Sequence record: NC_047749.1
Length of the DNA: 64,000 bases
Strand: one strand, 5' to 3'
Origin: Escherichia phage DT571/2
Shown here: positions 1 through 9,082 of the stretch, piece by piece
How positions within the stretch are numbered: the first letter of the stretch is position 1
Layout: each line of letters begins with the position of its first letter
Notes under the pieces: generated by a model
The model's input: the letters and a program-made list of their open reading frames with translations, nothing else
What the model was told of the DNA's origin: nothing
The model's database searches: none
Position numbers and translations under genes: made by a program

Positions 1-73
1 GCTCACCGCCGGAGGCGAAAATACTTAGTCTGCTAACCGCCACCCCCCGTTACTATTACTCTGCTAACTATTT

Positions 74-102
74 CACCTTGCAACCATTTTAATTGCAAGG
101 TG
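74..102. other. stable hairpin (10-bp stem CACCTTGCAA / TTGCAAGGTG, 9-nt loop)
   Basis: perfect inverted repeat read directly; lies just past the dmp stop. Confidence 0.5.
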
Positions 103-123
103 AAACAAATTCAACTGTAATTA

Positions 124-858
124 TTACGCTACTTTTAATTTCTCAATATATTGTTGTGGGCTGCAACTATATTCTGCGCGCTCCTCCTCGGTCATACCTT
201 CCCAACATAATTGCAAGCGGTCGGCTAGGAACTGATAATCATTATCATCTTCAAGAGATTCATCAATAAAGGTTTCGCCGATCAATGTGACGCCTATTGA
301 TAGAATATCGTTAACGGCTTGCGCGTCCAGCGTTTTAAATCCATATGCCGCCGCCGCTGATAATACGCCTTTATGATCATCAATCATCGTGAAATCAGCG
401 TTCGGATATAGCTGTTTGAATAGCTCAAAATAATGGCTTTTATATATAGCGTCTTTACTGTGGTATATTTCGCTAACCTTATCAGCCGTAAAATATTTGT
501 GAAGTGTATCGCGGGAAAATACGCGGATATTGCTATTCCCACGCCCTCGCAGACCTTGTTTGCGCAAATAATAATAATCCGACTTACTCATCAGGCGAGC
601 GGTGCAAATAATGTTTAACGTGTTGGCGTCATTCATGCATTGGCGCATATAGGTAACGAGCGGCAAAAGCGTATCCTGCATTATTAACTCATGTTTGCAC
701 GCTTCATTTTTATACTTATTTAAATCTAAATCGCCTTCAATATCAAAGCAAGGCGCTACACGGTGGGCGGAGTTAATGATCGTGCCGTCCAGATCCCAAA
801 TCATTACGCGGGAAATATGCGGGTAATTGCGGGAAATATTCTTTTTATCTTGATTCAT
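124..858 (-). CDS. dmp: 5'-deoxyribonucleotidase, HAD superfamily (T5 Dmp-like)
   Basis: 244-aa ORF; HAD motif I DxDGT (MIWDLDGTII) near N-terminus; first gene at left end as in T5. Confidence 0.8.
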   Translation of the reverse strand: MNQDKKNISRNYPHISRVMIWDLDGTIINSAHRVAPCFDIEGDLDLNKYKNEACKHELIMQDTLLPLVTYMRQCMNDANTLNIICTARLMSKSDYYYLRKQGLRGRGNSNIRVFSRDTLHKYFTADKVSEIYHSKDAIYKSHYFELFKQLYPNADFTMIDDHKGVLSAAAAYGFKTLDAQAVNDILSIGVTLIGETFIDESLEDDNDYQFLADRLQLCWEGMTEEERAEYSCSPQQYIEKLKVA

Positions 859-932
859 TTTGTTACGTTCTCCATTAAAGGGATTAAGTTAATTTAATCC
901 AGCCCATACAGTGGGCTGGAGTATTTCAGTCA

Positions 933-1334
933 TTAAAATACCAGACCATAAGCCAAAGCATCAGCGATAACAGTAATATCCTCGCCAGATACACCGGAAC
1001 GAATACCGGCGCATGTAAATACCTTCGCGCTCATTAACTGATCATCAAGACAAGCGGGGCAAGGCGCGACAACTGCGAAAGCTAAACCAGCTTTTGCGGC
1101 GTCAATAATAGTCGTTTCTTGTTTCATCGTATCAATGTAAACGCCTTTCGCCTTGATGCGGCTAGATAGCTTGCCCGTGGTGTAGGCGAAAGTAGTGATC
1201 TGTAGCGCCTCATTAAATTCGATTAAGTCATCAACAACGTGCCCCGCCTCGACGTGATAGCGCTCACCGGTAGAATAAACTAGGACGATTGCAGACTGCG
1301 CGCGATCGAATGGGATACGGTTGTAAGTAGTCAT
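933..1334 (-). CDS. pre-early protein, A2-like by size and position
   Basis: 133-aa ORF between dmp and A1; no motif recognised. Confidence 0.55.
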   Translation of the reverse strand: MTTYNRIPFDRAQSAIVLVYSTGERYHVEAGHVVDDLIEFNEALQITTFAYTTGKLSSRIKAKGVYIDTMKQETTIIDAAKAGLAFAVVAPCPACLDDQLMSAKVFTCAGIRSGVSGEDITVIADALAYGLVF

Positions 1335-1403
1335 GCGTATAACTCCAATTAATTTAATAAACTTTTATGGCGGCGGTATATTTCGCCCGCCCGCCTGATT
1401 TAT

Positions 1404-3068
1404 TTACGCGAAAAATTTGCCGTTTTTAAAGTCGATTAACGTGCGCTGCCCGTTTGCATATGTAATTACATGCGTTTGCGTCCAGCTTGATGCGCCGACG
1501 TTGTAGCCCATATCGAGGCTGCCCGATACGCCAGCAGTATATACGCCGCCGTAAATGCTGGCGGTATGGGTGTGCCCCGTGTTTAATTTGCCCAACTTTT
1601 TAAATTGCTTCGGATTGCCGCGGCTCCCGTTGATGCCGTTGTGACCGTGTACGCCGCACTCAATGCCTGCAATCTTGAATGATTGATCAGTCGTTAGGAA
1701 TATGGCGTTAAACTCACAGCCTGCAACCTTGCGCAGCGCATAATCCAGCACGTTGAAAGTATCGTCATTTTCTGCAATAGCTCCATAGATCGCGGCGTTG
1801 AGGCGGTGATATAGCTCTGCGTTTGCTGGATCGTCTTTAATGTTAGCGTTGCGATCATCCAGCCAACGGGATAACGCCAGATCGTGGTTTGACTCAACAA
1901 TGATTGTTTGCGAGAAATCGCGCTCCATTGATTCCAATACACGCCCCGTGTCGATAAGATCATCTAAAACCTTATCACGTCCGGCGGCGTACTGTTTTGC
2001 TAGGAATACGCCAGATGCGCGATTGTGGTGGTTGCGTGATGTAAAGTCATGCACATCATGCACGAACTGATATTTAGGTTTAAGAATATCAAGCAAACTA
2101 TTTTCGCCCGCCCATGACGCTTCAGCACACGCCTTATCTAATTTTTCAGCGTGCACGTCGCCATACTGTAAACCTAAAACATGCCCCGATGTTTCATAAC
2201 ATCCGGCGGGAGTGGCGCAAATATTCAAATCATAAAAAACGCCGGTTTCATCCATCGTCTCAAGCTGGCGAACAAAAAATGCCCCGTCCTCGTCAAACTC
2301 GACAATCAGCGCGCCAAAGTTATGTAACGCTTCGGCCTTTTGCCCTGCTTTCTGCTGAATGTAGTTTTTTAGCGTTGCCGCTCCCGTTGAGTACATACGG
2401 CGCACTACTTCACCTTTGAGCGCTGGAACGCTTTCTGCGGTGATTTTAGCTGCTCCAATTGCCAAACCTTCAAGATCAAGCGCTGTTGCAGTCTCAGCGA
2501 ATCCAGAAAGCGGGTAGTCTGCCGTTGGCAAAACATTAATCTCAGCCATGAAAGCAAAGCGGCGACTATTTAAAAACACGTTTTTATTACAGATATATTT
2601 ATCAAAAGCGGAATCATATTTGATCCCGTCCGCACCTTCTCCATTCTGGAATCCTTTTTTGTTATAAATGAACTTGCTAACCAGCAAATCAGCGCCGATA
2701 AATTGGGCGTAATGTTCAAGTGAGGCTAAAAAGTTTTTATGCGGGAACGTGTTGTTCTGGATTGATGTTATAATGAAGCGTTTGCCCTGCTTTACTTCCC
2801 ACTGTTCAACCGTGCTAGAAATAATTCCCGCCGCCTCTGGGCGCTCGTCGTTTTTAACGGCTTTTGATGCTTTCGCCTCTTTTGGTTTCGCTGGTTTGTT
2901 TGCTTCCAGCCAATCACAAATTGCGGTCGAATGTTTTGCCGTATCGTACACCGCTTTTGATATATCGTCGCAGACTTCCAATCTAGTAGCGCGCAGACGT
3001 TTACCGTAAAAATTAAAATCAGCGGCCAGCTTCAGGATAACGGTTTGTTTTTCTGCGGAAATAACCAT
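1404..3068 (-). CDS. A1: pre-early protein A1-like, calcineurin-type metallophosphoesterase (probable nuclease)
   Basis: 554-aa ORF; phosphoesterase motifs GDVHAE, VESNHD, GVHGH, GHTHT; size and position match T5 A1. Confidence 0.8.
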   Translation of the reverse strand: MVISAEKQTVILKLAADFNFYGKRLRATRLEVCDDISKAVYDTAKHSTAICDWLEANKPAKPKEAKASKAVKNDERPEAAGIISSTVEQWEVKQGKRFIITSIQNNTFPHKNFLASLEHYAQFIGADLLVSKFIYNKKGFQNGEGADGIKYDSAFDKYICNKNVFLNSRRFAFMAEINVLPTADYPLSGFAETATALDLEGLAIGAAKITAESVPALKGEVVRRMYSTGAATLKNYIQQKAGQKAEALHNFGALIVEFDEDGAFFVRQLETMDETGVFYDLNICATPAGCYETSGHVLGLQYGDVHAEKLDKACAEASWAGENSLLDILKPKYQFVHDVHDFTSRNHHNRASGVFLAKQYAAGRDKVLDDLIDTGRVLESMERDFSQTIIVESNHDLALSRWLDDRNANIKDDPANAELYHRLNAAIYGAIAENDDTFNVLDYALRKVAGCEFNAIFLTTDQSFKIAGIECGVHGHNGINGSRGNPKQFKKLGKLNTGHTHTASIYGGVYTAGVSGSLDMGYNVGASSWTQTHVITYANGQRTLIDFKNGKFFA

Positions 3069-3165
3069 AATATTAAAACTCCATTAAAGGGATTAAGAAC
3101 GTTTGTTATTGGCAAATATTGCCAAATATAACGCTGCTTATTAACAGCGTTATAATTTGCAATAC

Positions 3166-3411
3166 TTAACTGATCGGCATCAGGCTAGAACTAACACCAC
3201 AAACAACGGCGGTAATAAAACAAAATAAGCCTAAACGCTTTGCTAACTTTGATTTGCGTTTAAAGTAATATGAATCCAGATCATTCTGGAAATAAGCGAA
3301 CAATAATGAGGCCGCTACAATAAATAAACCTAGAATTAACGATTCAGTGGGATAAAAGATCATTTTAATAATTCCAGTTAAAGGGAAATTATAGTGGGGA
3401 ATATTCCCCAC
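3166..3411 (-). CDS. small membrane protein
   Basis: 81-aa ORF with two hydrophobic segments. Confidence 0.5.
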   Translation of the reverse strand: MGNIPHYNFPLTGIIKMIFYPTESLILGLFIVAASLLFAYFQNDLDSYYFKRKSKLAKRLGLFCFITAVVCGVSSSLMPIS

Positions 3412-3420
3412 TAATTAAAT

Positions 3421-3837
3421 TTATTCACCTGCGGATTGTTTTACTTCATCTGCTACGCCTAGTAATTGCGCTACGGCGTCCAGCGTTTCTAATTTTGCGC
3501 TTTCCAGACTTGCCAGATCGTCGGCGTCTTTGATAATGCCGGAATCAATGGCATGTTTAGCAATAACGCGCACATAATGCGCCTTGCGGATTGAACTACC
3601 GCCGCCAACTTTGCGCGGTTTATCGCTTTTCTGATACGCTTTTGCGCTGGTCAATTTTGAGCGAACAGACACAGGGGAAGTAGCGCCCACTGTTTTGGCG
3701 ATCTCTTTCAGGCCGTCGCTGTTTGCGAACTCTAAACCGTTTTCATTGATTAATTGCTGATACATAGAAACGGCTTTTTGGGTATTTTCTTCATTCCATG
3801 CAAATTTTGCGGATTTTTCGGTTTTAACGTTAGTCAT
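3421..3837 (-). CDS. hypothetical pre-early protein
   Basis: 138-aa ORF, tightly packed in leftward operon. Confidence 0.55.
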   Translation of the reverse strand: MTNVKTEKSAKFAWNEENTQKAVSMYQQLINENGLEFANSDGLKEIAKTVGATSPVSVRSKLTSAKAYQKSDKPRKVGGGSSIRKAHYVRVIAKHAIDSGIIKDADDLASLESAKLETLDAVAQLLGVADEVKQSAGE

Positions 3838-3937
3838 GGTATAAACTCCAATTAATTTAATTTAAGGGATAAGATTAACATAATGTTAATCGTTATATTT
3901 CCCCAATAGTTCGGGGAAATATAAAGTTAACACTAAA

Positions 3938-4189
3938 CTATGCTACAGCTTCCAATTTTTCGTTACGTTGAACAACTTTTACAACGTCGCCAGATTTAAC
4001 GCGAACACTAAAAACGGTTTTTCCGTTGTTGCTACGTTCCGTTTCTGCATATACTGCATCAATTACATCGAACGGCATGAGCGCCGCGCCTTTGATGCGT
4101 TCGGCCTTTCCGGTTGCCTCGTCTGTTTTAGTAACGAAAGGGATGAAAACGGATTGACCAATTTTTGGCGCGGTGATAGCGTTTTTCAT
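3938..4189 (-). CDS. hypothetical protein
   Basis: 83-aa ORF. Confidence 0.5.
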   Translation of the reverse strand: MKNAITAPKIGQSVFIPFVTKTDEATGKAERIKGAALMPFDVIDAVYAETERSNNGKTVFSVRVKSGDVVKVVQRNEKLEAVA

Positions 4190-4423
4190 GGTATAAACTC
4201 CAGTTATTTGATGGATTGTTCCGCATTACCTGCTAAAAAATAATAACAGGTAATAAGAAAAAATCCGCTCACCGTTAAAATCAATTTAAGGAACTCCACA
4301 CAGGCCGCTATATCCCGTTAGGGGGCGGGGCACATTATGGCAAGTACCGGCCGTCAAATTTTACCAAGTTATCGCTCTTGTTGAATCGGGTACATTTTAA
4401 AGCCTATCGGCTAGGGCGTCAAA

Positions 4424-4594
4424 TTATTTTTCGTTTTCTTTTAAATTAGAATTCTCCCAACTGAATTGCATCTCGCAAAATATTTTCCCATCTTTATGAT
4501 GGTAAGCGATCTCGCTCCCGTGGTTAGCACAGAAAGCGATCACTGCCTCAGCTTGTTCTACCGTGATATTGTTGGCCGTTTCTTTGATTTTCAT
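4424..4594 (-). CDS. small hypothetical protein (56 aa, not in ORF track)
   Basis: manual translation MKIKETANNITVEQ...; AAGGAG Shine-Dalgarno 8 nt upstream of ATG. Confidence 0.45.
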   Translation of the reverse strand: MKIKETANNITVEQAEAVIAFCANHGSEIAYHHKDGKIFCEMQFSWENSNLKENEK

Positions 4595-5220
4595 ATCGTC
4601 GTCTCCTTATAAGGTTAATAAGTTTGCCGCCGATGGGCTTTAAAATGCACCTGATTTTTAAAGAGCGCGGCGGTAAACTTTCCGCCGTGTAGTTCGTCAT
4701 TGCCGCCCTACGAGATAAATAATAGGGAATACCCAAAAAAGGTGCAACCTTAATTTTGTAAAGAAATGTAAAGAAAGCAAATACCCGCACCGCGTCCGGC
4801 GATCGCCCAAGTTTAAAGGAAACAGGCGCGCGGATACCATAAAACCGAGCTGATTGGCAAGTAATTTTTTCATTTTTATTTGCCTTGCCCTACTTGACAA
4901 AACTTAAAAAGCTCGTGGTGACGATAAACGGGCTATCCCTTTATGATGGGATACCTGAAAAATTTACCGCGTTGTAGGACGTTTTAGGCCGCTTATCTTC
5001 GATTTAACAAATATTTAACAAAAGCAAAATTGAAAAATAGTTTGAGAAGGTATTGACTTTTTAAAATCAAGACTAAACGAGTTATTTTAAAAAATTAATT
5101 AATTGACTTTTATTTGTTGTTGTGTAGTAGAAAGATAGCAGACTAATAATTGCTAGAATGATAATCATGCTGGTGATTGTAACAGACTGAACTATTAGCA
5201 GACTACTGATCCCGGAAAAT

Positions 5221-5260
5221 CTCATTAGCCAACTAACTATCTCATTAGCCAACTAACTAT
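5221..5260. repeat. 20-bp direct repeat x2 (CTCATTAGCCAACTAACTAT)
   Basis: two identical adjacent copies. Confidence 0.9.
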
Positions 5261-5270
5261 TTCATAAGTT

Positions 5271-5450
5271 ATAATAACTATAAAAATAATCACCGTTAAA
5301 ATAATCACTATAAAAATAATCACCATTAAAATAATAACTATAGAAATAATCACCATTATAATAATCACCATTAAAATAATCACTATAAAAATAATCACCA
5401 TTAAAATAATCACTATAAAAATAATCACCATTATTATAATCACTATAAGA
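5271..5450. repeat. 15-bp tandem repeat, about 12 copies (ATAATCACYRTTAAA)
   Basis: read directly; the 68-aa ORF 5237..5443 is its translation artefact. Confidence 0.9.
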
Positions 5451-5486
5451 AACTATCGGCTTAAGTGAGAACCACTATCATTTAAG

Positions 5487-5568
5487 TTATCCACAACGTT
5501 ATCCACAGCACAAAATGATTTGACACGATAGGCGGCGATATAAAGATTTATCCACAGACTTATCCACA
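5487..5568. promoter_or_regulatory. DnaA-box cluster, 4 perfect TTATCCACA in direct orientation
   Basis: boxes at 5487, 5499, 5548, 5560; two imperfect boxes follow to about 5600. Confidence 0.7.
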
Positions 5569-5872
5569 GGTTATCCTACTGTATATTTATCCAGGGTAAA
5601 AAGATAGTGTTTACAACTGCAATCAATTTTGAGCGGCCTAAAACGCTTTCTAACGAGCTGATCGCTGTAGGGTAATATTAAAGTAAAGCCTTTACCCGTC
5701 GGCCTAGAGGCTTCGCCGTGTTTTGCTCTTTACTGCACCGCTGCGCGGTTAGCATAAAACTAGGTGTTAGGCAAGAAAAATAAAAAGTAAAGTAAACGTT
5801 GCCCCTAGAAAGAAAATAATTTTACCGGTAACATCGAAAGCGGGTAATAATTAACCTAATGTAAAGTTTTGT

Positions 5873-5901
5873 AAGGCCCGCCATAATCAGCGGCCTTTTT
5901 T
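5873..5901 (+). terminator. putative rho-independent terminator
   Basis: stem AAGGCC/GGCCTT with 13-nt loop followed by TTTTTT. Confidence 0.45.
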
Positions 5902-5965
5902 GTTATACTGCCCTTACACCGTTTAAGGACGGTTAAAAATTTCCCGAAAAATTTGGAGGCTTAAA

Positions 5966-6145
5966 ATGGTTATTTTTCGATCTATTCTGGCGGGTATCTT
6001 GGGCGCTATTTTAACTCTATTTGCTACCGCTTACGGTATTCAAGATTCTTATTGCGGTTTAGTAAATACTAAACCTATGGTTATTATTGGCGCGGGTATC
6101 GCTGTTTTTTCTTATTTGCTGGGCTGCATGAATAAAGGAGAATAA
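5966..6145 (+). CDS. small membrane protein (59 aa, not in ORF track)
   Basis: GGAGG SD then ATG; hydrophobic translation MVIFRSILAGILGAILTLFATAYG... Confidence 0.45.
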   Translation: MVIFRSILAGILGAILTLFATAYGIQDSYCGLVNTKPMVIIGAGIAVFSYLLGCMNKGE

Positions 6146-6147
6146 AA

Positions 6148-6360
6148 ATGATCCGCAACGTTTCTCTTGCTCGTTCCAAAGGTTTTAAGCTGGTGGATGT
6201 AAACACGTTCGAGCGTCCTGGTTGTAAAATCGAATATATAGCGCGGAATAAAAACGCTTTCCGCGTTACAGAAAAGAGATTCGATAAACGCGGCAACGTG
6301 ATAGCTGAAACGGTTAAATATTTTGCCACCTTTTACGCGGCCTTTCGTGGGGTATTATGA
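6148..6360 (+). CDS. hypothetical protein
   Basis: 70-aa ORF with AGGAG SD. Confidence 0.5.
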   Translation: MIRNVSLARSKGFKLVDVNTFERPGCKIEYIARNKNAFRVTEKRFDKRGNVIAETVKYFATFYAAFRGVL

Positions 6361-6482
6361 AGAGCGTTGTTATTGTTATCCTTGCAATGGTTGGCGGTTT
6401 TACCACCACCTTGTTTAGAAATGATCCTCTTTTGCTAGGGATCTTTATGCTTTTATCTGGTTATCTGATCGGGAGGTTATAA
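6357..6482 (+). CDS. small membrane peptide (41 aa)
   Basis: ATGA start/stop overlap with upstream ORF; hydrophobic. Confidence 0.35.
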   Translation: MKSVVIVILAMVGGFTTTLFRNDPLLLGIFMLLSGYLIGRL

Positions 6483-6483
6483 A

Positions 6484-6828
6484 ATGGTGATTTATGAAGG
6501 TGATCGCCTTGTTGCTGATTGCCGTCCGGCATTGTTAGCAAACTACTTAAACCAGCTTTCGCCAGTATATAAAGGCGTTATAAATATTTATGAAGGCGGG
6601 GCGCATTATAAGATTAATGCGGTCGTTGCCCGTGAACTAGCGTTTCAATTTTTAACCTTTTCATCTTGCAATATTCAGGTCATGGGTGAGGCGTTAATTG
6701 CAGAAAATGAAGATGATTTTATTAATATCTTTCGCAAGATATGCACCGAGCGCCTGATAATGAAAGGGGCATATATTCAATCCACTGCGGATAGTATTGA
6801 AACGGCTTTTCGAAAGGTGGCACAATGA
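6484..6828 (+). CDS. hypothetical protein
   Basis: 114-aa ORF with GGGAGG SD. Confidence 0.5.
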   Translation: MVIYEGDRLVADCRPALLANYLNQLSPVYKGVINIYEGGAHYKINAVVARELAFQFLTFSSCNIQVMGEALIAENEDDFINIFRKICTERLIMKGAYIQSTADSIETAFRKVAQ

Positions 6829-6966
6829 AGCTATATATTTTCGCGGGTAATGTTGAGGCTGCAAATGATTCCGCTGGTGGCGATAGCGTTCGCCATTATT
6901 GGCAAAATTATATTTACTAGGCGTAATGATCACGGGGCACAACTATCAGGGAGTGCCCCTGATTCT

Positions 6967-6991
6967 CAAATGAGAATCATTCTCATTTGAC
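6967..6991. repeat. 25-bp perfect palindrome TCAAATGAGAAT-C-ATTCTCATTTGA
   Basis: read directly; shares the AATGAGAATCATT core with the downstream 22-bp repeats. Confidence 0.85.
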
Positions 6992-7209
6992 CGCGCCCGC
7001 GATGGTTAGCACACTAATGATTAGGGTGTTACGTGTCGCCTTGTGTGATCGTTAGCGGGCTAACTAATTTTCAAGCCTCCTCCAGATTTGCCCTTGTTTT
7101 AGTATCCCCATCAAAATAAAACGCGTTAGAAAGCGATTCAGGGCGTTTTAGGCCTATATTAGAATTATTCACTGCGTAGGAATACTGTATATTTATACAG
7201 TAGAATAAC

Positions 7210-7292
7210 CTGGGGATAAGTCGGTGGATAACGCTTCAAAATGGCTAGAATTTTGTCAAGGCAAATCGTGCTGTTGATAAGTCTGTGGATAA
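7210..7292. promoter_or_regulatory. DnaA-box cluster in opposite orientation to 5487..5568
   Basis: GTGGATAAC at 7224 and TGTGGATAA at 7284, plus imperfect TGGGGATAA at 7210. Confidence 0.6.
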
Positions 7293-7299
7293 CTTAAAT

Positions 7300-7590
7300 A
7301 ACAGTGTTTCTCACTTCCGTTTTTAAATGCGAATCATTATCATTTGCATTCCACTTCTTAAATGAGAATCATTTCACTTCTTGAATAGTTCTCATTCCCT
7401 TTCTTAAATGAGAATCATTTCACTTCTTGAATAGTTCTCATTTCACTTCTTGAATAGTTCTCATTCCACTTCTTAAATGAGAATCATTCCACTTCTTAAA
7501 TGAGAATCATTCCACCTCTTAAATGAGAATGATTATCATTCGCATTCCACTTCTTAAATGCGAATGATAATCATTCTCATTCGCATTCCG
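7300..7590. repeat. about 10 tandem copies of a 22-bp unit (CACTTCTTAAATGAGAATCATT / CACTTCTTGAATAGTTCTCATT) with flanking short inverted repeats
   Basis: read directly. Confidence 0.85.
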
Positions 7591-7617
7591 GCGAGCAGGG
7601 CAATTGCCCTGCGCTTA

Positions 7618-8350
7618 TGTGCAAATCCGACAATTGCTCCAAGGGTTACGCGAGGGCATGTATGTGCAAATCCGACCCATTTTTTGGTAGTGTGCAAATC
7701 CGACCCCAAAAATTTATAAATTCGTGAGAGTGACAAATCTGTCTCCCAAAAACTCCAGCAATCACGAACTGCGTTCGAATCCTGTGGGGTATGTGCAAAT
7801 CCGACACGGTTTTTCTAGGATTAAGATGTGCGAATCCGATGAAATTTTTGTGACTTCGATGAGAGGGTGTGTGATTGTATAGGTTTGAGGAGAAGATGAG
7901 AGAGCGAGAAAAATTTTGGGGCTAGAAGTGTATGGGCGCAGGATTGGTGCGGAGCACCTGATTTGCGGGGGTTTTGGGGGATAGTGGAGATAATTTGGGG
8001 AAATTTGAGATAGGTGCAGAAAAAGTAAAATTTTATTAGCTAAAGGGGGCAATATAGCTTGACAATTGAAAATTCTTGTGGCTCTAAAAACTCAGGCAAT
8101 CATGGGCCTTCGGCCCGAAATAATGCTGCTATTTTCAGGAGATTATATGTTCCTAAAAACTTAGGCGTTTGTGCAAATCCGACCATAAATTTCTAGAAAC
8201 ACAATGTGCAAATCCGACAGTAATTCCTGGAAATGTGTTTTCAAAAAATGTCTCCTAGAAATAACCGCCCTCCCTATAACCGCCCTCCCTATAACCGGCC
8301 TAGGTATGTAACGTTGGAGGGAAACTGCCCTAGAATATGTGCAAATCCGA
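7618..8350 (+). repeat. dispersed co-oriented 14-mer TGTGCAAATCCGAC, 8 copies
   Basis: copies at 7618, 7663, 7691, 7792, 7827 (variant), 8170, 8205, 8338; several preceded by CTAGAA. Confidence 0.85.
8261..8297. repeat. 15-bp tandem repeat x2.5 (ATAACCGCCCTCCCT)
   Basis: read directly. Confidence 0.85.
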
Positions 8351-8725
8351 TTAATATTTTTGTGTGATCCCTAGAATTTGTGCTTATCAATTTCCTAGAA
8401 ACTTAGGAGTCTGCTAGAAAGTGTTGAGCCATCCTAGCAGATGAGCGGCAACCGGTGTATCATCTTGAACACAGATATTGCCTTTAAATTTTTATCAGTT
8501 ATTTAAAAGTAAATAGTCCCCCATTTCATGTGAGATTCCTCGTGGGGCGCGTGAGTATTACGGAAGACTTAGTAATTAGATCTATACTCGTGCTGTCGCA
8601 ACGTATAGACGTAATACTAAGTGTAATAATCATCGCCCCTAGAGTTCAAAACAAGAGTTGTTTTTAATCTATGAGATTATTATAACATGTTTGGGTATGA
8701 GAATGCAAGAACTTTTTGTTAACGT

Positions 8726-9082
8726 TTATACTTCCTCCTCGAGATTGGTATTAGGATCGTAAATTTTCTTGGCTCCTGTATTTAATAGGAATCGCTCTGC
8801 AAGTAGTGGGTGAATATCAAAGAACTCTGTGCATCCTTCGAATCCCTTTAAATTACAGCGGTATTTCTTAAAGTAGATATGAGCAGCGGCTTCTAGATCT
8901 CTAGGATTATGGGTTTCATAAATCCCATACACGTATAAATCGTCAAAACCACGATAAACTATATTATCTAAGTTTAGTGTTTGAATCCTATTATGTGGAT
9001 TCACACTGATACCGATCTTTGTTCTTTTAGGGATCTTCGTCAGATCCCTATTTGCAAGAATATATGCTTTATATAGTGACAT
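8726..9082 (-). CDS. T5orf172 / GIY-YIG-like domain protein
   Basis: 118 aa; KIGIS.NPHNRI motif and C-terminal EFF resemble the T5orf172 domain. Confidence 0.6.
   Translation of the reverse strand: MSLYKAYILANRDLTKIPKRTKIGISVNPHNRIQTLNLDNIVYRGFDDLYVYGIYETHNPRDLEAAAHIYFKKYRCNLKGFEGCTEFFDIHPLLAERFLLNTGAKKIYDPNTNLEEEV

Noticed and set aside
433-3009. Short ORFs inside dmp and A1 (433..618, 1694..1963, 1840..2070, 2114..2419, 2749..3009)
   Set aside because: Fully nested in or antisense to well-supported longer genes.
4548-4900. ORFs 4548..4790 and 4697..4900
   Set aside because: Overlap the better-supported small gene 4424..4594 and the inverted repeats; no RBS, odd composition.
5237-5443. 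68-aa ORF (MIIIMVIIFIV...)
   Set aside because: Translation of the 15-bp tandem repeat; low-complexity and repeat-derived.
5271-5450. Possible CRISPR array
   Set aside because: Repeats are contiguous 15-bp units with no unique spacers and no cas genes.
7554-8052. 60-aa and 96-aa leftward ORFs in the repeat region
   Set aside because: Lie across the 22-bp and 14-mer repeats, Pro/Ser-rich, no RBS; probably non-coding.
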